Assembly: GCF_006345805.1 (NCBI RefSeq)
Contig: NW_021823694.1
Location: forward strand, 1 to 18,170
Direction: 5' to 3'
Source: Octopus sinensis
Lineage: Eukaryota
DNA length: 18,170 bases
Shown: positions 9,481-18,170 of the stretch, one piece after another
Layout of the letters: each line of letters begins with the position of its first letter
Numbering within the stretch: position 1 is the first letter of the stretch
Position numbers and translations under genes: made by a program
The notes under the pieces: model-generated
Databases searched by the model: none
What the model saw: the letters and a program-made list of their open reading frames with translations, nothing else
Told to the model about the DNA's origin: nothing

Positions 9481-9567
9481 ATGCATAAATGCATATATAT
9501 ATTATATATATATCATATATATATATATATAATAATATATATATATATAATATATACACACACACAC
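9481..9567. repeat. (TA)n/(CA)n microsatellite
   Basis: Direct reading. Confidence 0.9.
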
Positions 9568-9572
9568 CACGG

Positions 9573-9649
9573 ATCATCATCGTCATCAAAAAACGTTATC
9601 ATCGTCATCGTCGTTTAATGTCCACTTTCCGATGCATGCGTTAAGGACG
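9573..9649 (-). mobile_element. Short fragment of a retroposon 3' end with (GAT)n tail (possibly RTE-related)
   Basis: Degenerate (CAT)n run followed by cgtttaatgtccactttcc, which resembles from memory a common octopus non-LTR 3' end. No second copy in the window. Confidence 0.35.
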
Positions 9650-9889
9650 CGACCGTCACCAAGTTAGATTCAAAACAGCTGAATGCTTCTTCTCTTGTTT
9701 TTCCCTACCTATTTCCAAGCAAGTAATATTTTAATATTTTTCCAAGGCCAGTCATGCTTTCACGGAATAATTGAAGCGCATCACACCGCTCTTATGAAGG
9801 TGATACTCATTTCTAAATGTCATACGATGTCAAAACAGACACGACAACCTCTATGTATACACAGATAAATAAGTAAATCCATGCATATA

Positions 9890-9896
9890 TGTCTAC

Positions 9897-9949
<53 letters not shown>

Positions 9950-9957
9950 ATATATAC

Positions 9958-9989
<32 letters not shown>

Positions 9990-10002
9990 TAAACATTTAT
10001 GC

Positions 10003-10033
<31 letters not shown>

Positions 10034-10230
10034 AACACACAAACAGACCCACACATATATAAAACACATATATGTCTACGTGTATACCTATAGCTACGAG
10101 CACACACATATATACATGTACGAGTGTTTGTGTGTGCATGTGTCTGAATGTGTTTCTGTATGTGTGTGCATGTTTGTGCATGTGTATGCGTCAGCATGTA
10201 ATAGACACTATATTATATATATATATATAT
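9890..10230. repeat. Compound (TA)n/(CA)n/(GT)n microsatellite region
   Basis: Direct reading. Confidence 0.9.
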
Positions 10231-10576
10231 ATAAATCTCATTATGTCGCTTTAAAAACAGGCTAAAAACATATTGGACAATATATTCGCAGGTACATGAA
10301 GCCAGAGAAAGAAAAGGTGATTAGAATGATTTTGATCATATGTATGGTGCAAAAGCCATCTTCTGTCGAACATCGTTAAAAGAACCACCTATATTTAAGA
10401 ACGATTGCGAGGTCTGAAACTTGATCGGTCAACCAGTAAATATCATGTTTGTGTATAATTAGAGTTAACGCTCTTAATAGTATAGTGTAGAATAAAATGG
10501 ATAATGTCTTACATTCATTACGATAATATAATATATAATATATATTATATATATATATTGTGAAAAAAAAATTGAG

Positions 10577-10750
10577 ATGGAGCTGACGCAGATTGAACAG
10601 AAATCGTTTTATTTCATTCTACACGTGTTTCGAAAGGCACAAATTACCAAAATCTATTGAATTTGTAATTCGGATTTTGGTAATTGTGCCTTTCGAAACA
10701 CGTGTAGAATGAAATAAAACGATTTCTGTTCAATCTGCGTTCAGCTCCAT
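10577..10750. repeat. Fold-back palindrome, 78-bp arms (10577-10654 and 10673-10750), containing the 3' half of a minimal HHR motif
   Basis: The arms are reverse complements with two 1-nt indels. The 18-nt spacer holds an inner hairpin GAATT-tgt-AATTC. Each arm, read outward, has C-GAAA-C-acgt-GTA-GAATG followed by AATAAA (plus strand 10694-10711). Confidence 0.97.
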
Positions 10751-10924
10751 TTCTTCAATCACCAATAATGTTTTAATTTCAATTATCCGCACCAACGCAC
10801 GGTTGCAACGCCAGATGGTGTACCTCCAACCGTGCTGTTTACTGCTGTGATTTTTTGCTACTAAGGTATCGGTTAAACTTTGATTAATCTACTACCAAGA
10901 TTATTCATCTTTCTATTTCACATA

Positions 10925-10930
10925 ATATAT

Positions 10931-10981
<51 letters not shown>

Positions 10982-10996
10982 GTATATATATATATT

Positions 10997-11030
<34 letters not shown>

Positions 11031-11044
11031 CTATATAGTATATG

Positions 11045-11079
<35 letters not shown>

Positions 11080-11268
11080 ATATATATATATATATATATA
11101 CAATATATATATTATATATACATACAATATAATATATATATATATATTATATATATATATAGATATATATATATATATACAATATATATATAATATATAT
11201 AACAATATATATATATATTATATATTATATATATATAAATATACAATATACAATATTATATATATATA
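10925..11268. repeat. Long imperfect (TA)n microsatellite
   Basis: Direct reading. Confidence 0.97.
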
Positions 11269-11490
11269 TTATGTATTTATACGTGTATTATATGTGTGTG
11301 GTGTTTCTTTGTCTATATATTTATGTGTATGTAGATAAGTCTCTCTTTCTCTCTCTCTACATATATATATATATATAATATTATGTATTTATACGTGTAT
11401 ATATATGTGTGTGTGTTTCTTTCTTTGTCTATATATTTATGTGTATGTAGATAAGTCTCTCTCTCTTTCTCTCTCTCTACATATATATAT
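11269..11490. repeat. ~112-bp tandem duplication of low-complexity sequence
   Basis: ttatgtatttatacgtgta...ctttgtctatatatttatgtgtatgtagataagtctctct...ctacatata occurs twice, starting at 11269 and 11381. Confidence 0.92.
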
Positions 11491-11495
11491 ATTAT

Positions 11496-11530
<35 letters not shown>

Positions 11531-11547
11531 AAATATGTATGCATGTA

Positions 11548-11692
11548 TTTCTCGTGTTCCGTTCTGGTGAAGAGCGCAGACTCGAAAATTAAAAGACTTT
11601 CTCACCTTCCCGAGCGTTAAACTAATACACCTGTCTGTTATTTACACACCTGTCTTCGTTTTTTTGCTGTATTTTTTTTATTTGCAAATTCC
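11548..11692 (+). mobile_element. ~135-bp non-coding element with degenerate minimal HHR motif, copy 2
   Basis: Aligns end to end with 2697-2831: CTGGTGA(11564-11570)-A-GAGCgcagACTC-GAAA(11584-11587)-atta-AAAGAC. The stem III and cleavage region is mutated. Confidence 0.65.
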
Positions 11693-11707
11693 AACTCTCT
11701 CTCTTTC

Positions 11708-11711
11708 TCTA

Positions 11712-11782
<71 letters not shown>

Positions 11783-11828
11783 ATATATATTTATCTATTT
11801 ATCTACATATCTATGTATCTATCTATCT
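11708..11828. repeat. (TCTA)n / GATA tetranucleotide microsatellite
   Basis: Direct reading; source of the YLSIYLSI ORF. Confidence 0.97.
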
Positions 11829-12764
11829 CAATTACGGCTGAGCCGGGTGTTTACAAATTGAATATGCATCTATCTGATTAGCTACACACAGCCATGGAGT
11901 GCAGTTGTTATTTTTGCCGTTCTCGATTTTATAGTTGTATTCGATAATGGTGTTGCTGTATGGTACCAGTTCAACCCTGATGTTTTCTGTTTGTATATTA
12001 CAAGCTATATTAACCGATGTATGCTTAATTTATTTAAGATGGTATTATATAAATTCAAGGAGGTTTGGCTACTATTTCTTGTAAGCTGAACGACTACGTA
12101 GACATTCCTACGCGCAAGTACCTGAACGACTTGAAGAACTATAATACCGTTGCATTTTCCTCTTGAAAGAACTATTTATTTTTCTCACTTCATTTAATCA
12201 AATAGTGAAGACAGATAGACTGAAAATTTTCAGCTCCCCAAATTCCAGTCTAAATTTTTAAAAAATCATGGGCAATTTGCCCGTAAATTTATCCTCAATC
12301 GATAGTTCAATAACTTTGAGTGCGATCGGATCCGTCTGGCTGATTCTTCTTTGACACACTATATGAAAATTAAGTCTTTTAGTGAAGCCAAATCGACTCT
12401 CCGGTCACAGGACATTAATTTATTTCAATGTGTATTTAATGAGCGTTACTCAAGAGGCAACATCACGATCCTGACTGAAGATTAGAATATAAGGGTAGTC
12501 ATCCAAATCATAAGTTGGCTGTAAATGTTAACAAAAATTGATTAGAAAATTTAATGGTAAACATTCTTATACTTTACACTTCATACTTTATCGATTCTTC
12601 GTTTGTCTAGATGCATTAAAGAGCAAACCAAAAGAAATCAGAGAGACAAGAAGGAGCAAACACGTTACAAATACAAACATACTCAACACGTACCTATACT
12701 TACTTTATATATATATTATTTACATAGTTATCTATCTCCATACATATATGGATGTAATATAATA

Positions 12765-12789
12765 TATATATATATATATATATAATATA

Positions 12790-12838
<49 letters not shown>

Positions 12839-12860
12839 ATATTATGTATATATATATATT
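12765..12860. repeat. (TA)n microsatellite
   Basis: Direct reading. Confidence 0.95.
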
Positions 12861-13104
12861 TAATGCTTATGATTGAAAGAATGTTTGTATGTGTAGGTTT
12901 ATGCACGCATACATACCATTTATGAATCCAGTAAAAAAACATATTAGGAAAATACCCAAATGGAAGGATACAAAAAACGATAAGAGAGGCTATTTAATTG
13001 GTGTTAAAAAGATTGCAACGACGAAAGGACAAATACACACACATACACTCATATACATCCACGCACGCTACAACACACACACCCGTATGTTAGTCCTGTC
13101 TGTC

Positions 13105-13165
13105 TATATATATATATATATATATATATCTATAGTATTATATATATATATATATTATATATATA
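13105..13165. repeat. (TA)n microsatellite
   Basis: Direct reading. Confidence 0.93.
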
Positions 13166-14820
13166 AGCAAAATAGAGTGTAAATAAAGTATTGAAGATCG
13201 GTTGAAACTAAGACATAACGTCAGCAAATATTCATATAAAGCTCTAGCTTCAACGATCTGATCTAATTGTTCAATTAGATAGATGGCTGATTGTTAAACA
13301 AACACCGTTACGTTCTGGGTATAAAACTATTCACACGTCACTGTCGCACTGCTGGGGATGCAGAGAATTCTGGTCCTCATTAATGCACTTAATAACAGTA
13401 GAAGACGGGAAATATACAGCTGTGCTTTTCACGTTGGAAGACCAATTGTAGAGATGAGTTTACTTGCAATCAAAAATGTCCGATAGAAAGAAGCATAAAT
13501 TCTTTTTTCTTTTTTATTCCCTATTCGTTTATTTTTTTTCTATATTATTTGCTCTTATCCTCCGTTTCTTCACTGATAACTAGTACTTTTTTTTCTTGGC
13601 TATTTTATTTTTATGATTAAAATGACAAGAAAAGAAAAAGGAACTTTTATCAGGATTGGAAGTGTGAGAGTATTCTGGATGTGTGTATATTGATTAAGTA
13701 ACGTTCGTATGTATATGAGTGTGTGTGTGTTTGTATGCGTGTATTACCTTAATGCGTGTGTGCATTTATGTTTGATATATGTGTTTATTCTTTTAATGAA
13801 CGTACGTATATTCACTTAACATTTAATTTATTAGTGTTTGGTTTGTTTGTCTTGTTTCTTTTTTTATTTATCCTTGTTTGTTTTCTGTTTTTTGTTTGTG
13901 TGTATGTGTGTTTATTTTTCTATCATTTTTTATGTCTTTACGCTTGTTTCGTTTTTATAGCTACAAAACCGTTTTTATTGGCTTGGAAGTGACAGCACGT
14001 CTAAGTAAAATGAACTGATTAAATAACGCCGACGCAAATAGTTGAAAATGATACCTAATTTTACAGAGGTGGATTTTTTTTGTTTTGTTCTTTTACTCCC
14101 CTTTCAGCTTTCCTTTTTTTATGACTCTAGCAGGGAAATCTAATGCCATAAACATTCTGAAATCAGTTAACAATTCCAGTTAGCAGCATCTGCTCTATGA
14201 AAAGCAATCATGCTAAGCTATTTGAGAAAATCGTTCGTATTGCAGTAGAAAATTACGCTATGTCAAAATCCGAACACGTTTCTGCCTGCTAGCAAATCGT
14301 TAACGATAGTATTTTTCTATCTCTTTTAAACGGGGATTCACAATAAACAGCTTTAACAAGCTGTCAAGTTCATAATACCTGTTTCGTTTTCCACTAAACA
14401 CGGGGATTTAAGCATTAGATGAGAGTTGTGAAATGCAATGTTGAGAAGTTTACGTTTTGTTTTTTTTACAAAGTGCATTATTTCTTGTAGCTGATGTGTG
14501 ATTGGCTTAAAACAGCAACCGAAACCAGATCGGCAATTCTGATAACTGAAAAGATATTATCACTTATTCGGTGACACATCATTTAGTGTCAAGTTCAAGA
14601 TATTGTTTTATTAACAATCGTAATGTTATAGTTGTGTAGTTGAGAAAAACAGTAATGTCCTGGTTATGCGTATGTGTGTTACAAAGGTTTAGCTAAAGAA
14701 TATAGCAATGTGATATCCGTGTGTTTGTTACTGATATATAGTTATGTTGTGCTGTCTATATATGTGTTATACATATATAGTTAAGGAATAAATAATGTTG
14801 CAATATTATATGTTTGATAA

Positions 14821-14990
14821 TTCGTCTATCTTTACGTTCTAAGTTTAAATTCCGCCGAGGTCGACTTTGCTTTTCATCCTTTCGAGATCTATAAATTAAG
14901 TACCAGTAGCATACTGGGGTCGATCTAAACGACTGGACCACCCTCCCCCAAAATTTTGGGTCTTGTGCCTAGAGTAAAAAAGAATATTAT
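14821..14990 (+). mobile_element. SINE family B, 5'-truncated (first of three adjacent copies)
   Basis: ttcgtctatctttacgttctaagtttaaattccgccgaggtcgactttgc...aagtaccagt...actggggtcgat. Confidence 0.92.
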
Positions 14991-15000
14991 ATGTCTGTGT

Positions 15001-15228
15001 AAGGCAGCGAGCTAGAATAATCATTAGCTCTCCGAGCTAAGTTCTCAGCGGCCATTTGACTGTCTTGACGTCCTAAGTTCAAATTCCACCACGGTCGACT
15101 TTGCCATTCATCTTTTCGAGATCGATAAACTAAGTACTAGTTGAGCACTGGTGTCGATGCAATCTACTGACCCCCAACATGCACCCCCTAACTGCCAACC
15201 TTGTGTAAAAATTTGAAACCGATATTAT
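15001..15228 (+). mobile_element. SINE family B, full-length (second of three)
   Basis: aaggcagcgagctag head; aagttcaaattcc B-box; ggtcgactttgcc body. Confidence 0.9.
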
Positions 15229-15238
15229 GTGCCTATAT

Positions 15239-15461
15239 AAGGCGGCCAGCTACAAGAATCGTTAGCACGCCGGAAAATATGCTCAGCGGCATTTTGATCC
15301 TCTTTGCGTTCTGAGTTCAAATTCCACCGATATCGAATTGTAACTTTCATCCTTTCGGAGCCCACAGAAATAAGTACAAGCTGATAACTAGGTTCGATTT
15401 AAACAACTTACCCCTTCCCTGAACTTGCTAGCCTTGTGCTAAAATTTGAAAACAATATTAT
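15239..15461 (+). mobile_element. SINE family B, full-length (third of three)
   Basis: aaggcggccagctacaagaatcgttagcacgccgg head; gagttcaaattcc B-box; ends ccttgtgctaaaatttgaaa. Confidence 0.9.
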
Positions 15462-15625
15462 ATGTCTGTTGTTAGAGATATATAGTTGAGGAATAAAGCA
15501 ATATCGTGATGTCTATTTTACAGATATTCACCCTTTCCCTCCTATGACCCAAAACCCCAGATGGAACGATACGGGTCACTGTGGAGACAAAGAACATATT
15601 TTGAACATTTTAAATTTCTGCCGTC

Positions 15626-15648
15626 CTCCTCTCTCTCCCCCTCTCTTA

Positions 15649-15685
<37 letters not shown>

Positions 15686-15686
15686 C
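15626..15686. repeat. (CT)n microsatellite
   Basis: Direct reading. Confidence 0.93.
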
Positions 15687-15846
15687 AGATTTAACCTAAG
15701 TCTATTTCTTTCAGAAACAAAAGATGGACAGAGAGAGGAAAAGATAGAAAAAGAGAGAAGACTCAACCTCAGAGAAGGATTGGTAATTCATTTATCCATC
15801 ACGAAATGATGAAAGGTAAGAATGAGGTCGGCAGTATTTGACCGCA

Positions 15847-16041
15847 CGAGGAGGTGCTGAAAAGTACCTGGCTTTAAGGGTATCACAAAAGGCCTGGTTG
15901 GAGGCCAAACATTCCGGGTTCTTTTACAGGGCTTAGAAAAACTGAAGGACGTCTGGGAGGAGAATATGTTGACCAAAATCGTAATTAGCTGATCCTCTTG
16001 TATTTTTTACCCAAAGCCAGAAAGTTTTCAGCATCCCCTCA
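15847..16041 (+). mobile_element. Mariner-derived MITE, copy 2
   Basis: TIRs cgaggaggtgctgaaaagtacctggcttt and aaagccagaaagttttcagcatcccctca; TA at 16042-16043. Internal ggcttagaaaaactgaaggac...gaatatgttga matches copy 1 with an internal deletion. Confidence 0.9.
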
Positions 16042-16183
16042 TAGTGTGAACAGAGCCGAGGTAAACGTCACCAGGCAATCTATACGATACTCTAACGGCT
16101 ACCCTATTTCGTTTCTTTGTGTTCAAGTTAGTTAAACAAATTAAATAATGTCGAAGGTGTATATAATCTAAACGTGGGTAGAT

Positions 16184-16417
16184 GCAGGCATAGCAGTGTA
16201 GTAAGTAGTTTCTTTTCCAACCACATGGTCCCGAATTCAGTCCTATTGCGTGGCACCTTGGGCAAGTGTTTTCTATTATAGTCGTTCAGGAATTACAAAA
16301 CCATATGAGTGGATTTGGTTGCTGGAAACTGAAAGAAGCCAGTCGTATATGTGTGTGTGTGGGTGTGTATGTGTGTGTGCGTGTCTGTGTGTGTGTATGC
16401 GTATGTGTGTATGTGTG

Positions 16418-16462
<45 letters not shown>

Positions 16463-16680
16463 TCTATGTGTGTGTGTGTGCGTGTGAGTGTCTTTGTGTA
16501 ATTTGTTCCCAACCACATCTTGAAAACTGGTGTTGGTGTGTTCAAGCCCCTATAAAGTAGCGGTTCGGCAAAAGAGTCCGATATCAACAAATGTATTGGT
16601 TACATTCGTTTGACTAAAATTCTTCCCAGCCGTGTCTCTTCAAGCCCGCAGTCTAATGGCTGTCAGAAGTGAAAGATAAA
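16184..16680 (+). mobile_element. SINE family A, full-length, with internal (GT)n microsatellite (~16347-16500)
   Basis: tRNA-like head gcaggcatagcagtgtagtaag...gaattcagtcc; body gtggcaccttgggcaagtg; ggaaactgaaagaagcc precedes the internal microsatellite; 3' half tagcggttcggcaaaagag. Homologous pieces at 2602-3024 and 6742-6860. Confidence 0.9.
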
Positions 16681-17754
16681 CCTGAATTAGAGAGTGATTT
16701 CGCTTTCTTTATCAAAATCAATATATTACCATTGGAAATGTCTGCTATACCGTAAAGACTTTTTAATGATTTTCTCTCACATCATTATATTTTCTTCTTC
16801 TACTTGAAAAAGTGTAGTCAAATAACATGAGATTTGCAGCGGCCAATGCTCTACCGTGTCTACCAATACTCCACTTTATGTTATAAATATCTCGGTGAGG
16901 AAATCATATGATTCAGAAAGTATTAGTTACCTACGTGACATATAAATCTAAATCGACAGGAAATCGAAAGGGTGAACGATACTTCTATTGCTAAAATGAA
17001 CATAAAATTAAGACTGTAAATATTATACTATAGAACCACGAGTTTAAAAACCTTTGCTCTGATGCATTTATTTTTCATCTGGTTGAAGCCGCGTAGTCGA
17101 CTAACATATCAGATTTGTTACGGCTGTTTGTGTGTAATGACTTTAATACGATAAGATTCTATCGCAAACCTGCTTTAACACGAAAGTCGTAATAAAAATC
17201 AAAGGAAGACTGCTACAATTTATGGAGTGTGTTCCGGAGCCGTTAAATGGACATGATTCTCTTTTATTTTAGCCTTCCATACACTCCTATGAGATGCTGT
17301 ACTCAGCAGCGAAAGGTCACCAAACACACGTTATTTTTACAGAACTGACTTTGATTTATGGCAGAGCTGTTTTATAGCGTAGTATCTATTTACTGGCTTC
17401 CATAATTCTGTCTTAGTTTGATTTAAAATATAAAGGAGAAACCGAATCCCGATCCATTGTTCTTTAAAGGCAGAGAATTACAGCAACTTCATATGCAAAA
17501 TCTCCATTACATGTCTATGACATCCTAATACAGCATCTGTTAGATATATCAGTCAATGTGTTGACAAAATATAACCCGTTCATACAGGAGGAACATATTC
17601 ATGTAAATAATGTCGTCGCCATTAATCCAGGCCTTACCGCCACCATTAATCTCCAGCAGCAGCGTTCGTCGCCTTTCAATTGTCTTTGTTGATTATGTCA
17701 TATTTATAATATATTCATAGGCCGCGTGAATGAGCTACTTCGATATAAATATTA

Positions 17755-17891
17755 TGTGTGTGTGTGTGTGTGTGTGTCTGTGTGTGCGTGTACGTACATG
17801 GGCCTTTGTCCGCGCGTGTATATTTATGATTGCGTGTGTGAATATGTGTGGGTGTTTGCGTGTGTGAATATGTGTGGGTGTTTGCGTGTGT
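17755..17891. repeat. (GT)n microsatellite and a 26-bp unit (tgcgtgtgtgaatatgtgtgggtgtt) repeated ~2.3 times at 17831-17891
   Basis: Direct reading. Confidence 0.9.
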
Positions 17892-18039
17892 TGATTATGT
17901 GTTGATTACCTGGATATATCTAAAGCATTTCAGCGAAGGTGCCAAGGATCAAACAGCTTTTATCCTCAACGTATTTCCTAATTTCCTGTTTGATTTAGGT
18001 TTTTTATCATGCACCAAACCATTCCATATATACATTCGC

Positions 18040-18170
18040 AGACACAAACACACACATACACGCAAACATACATACACATACAAACACACGCACGTACAAA
18101 CATATATATACACATACATGTATACATGTATACATATACATCAATGTACATATGTACCTCTATATTCATG
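18040..18170. repeat. Degenerate (CA)n/(TACA)n microsatellite
   Basis: Direct reading. Confidence 0.85.

Noticed and set aside
12476-12550. CTGAAGA as another hammerhead core
   Set aside because: No stem II, no properly placed GAAAC and no stem I partner.
13320-13360. TATAAAA followed by an initiator-like TCACTG as a promoter
   Set aside because: Such 7-mers are expected by chance in AT-rich DNA, and no downstream exon is evident.
16840-16876. Minus-strand tRNA-like head fragment (ggtagagcattggccgc)
   Set aside because: Only an A-box-like match; no B-box or SINE body can be followed.

Overview
AT-rich, repeat-saturated eukaryotic non-coding DNA (intron or intergenic). I can support no host protein-coding exon, and nearly all tracked ORFs are microsatellite or repeat artefacts. 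The SINE families match, from memory only, those abundant in Octopus genomes, so an octopod origin is likely but unverified. Contents: (i) three tRNA-derived SINE families, one forming a 178-bp tandem array; (ii) a frameshifted mariner D,D34D transposase relic (~1706-2230, minus) and two copies of an unrelated ~200-bp mariner MITE; (iii) many (TA)n, (GT)n, (GA)n, (TACA)n and (TCTA)n microsatellites; (iv) most notably, four unrelated sequence families carrying minimal hammerhead-ribozyme (HHR) motifs with a self-complementary stem-III, the dimer-type HHR associated with Penelope-like elements. Two of these families occur as near-loopless fold-back palindromes (3955-4277 and 10577-10750) with the ribozyme motif pointing outward on both strands, and one (94-216) has a stem II expanded to ~96 nt. 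Every copy has at least one deviation from the canonical core, so activity is untested inference.
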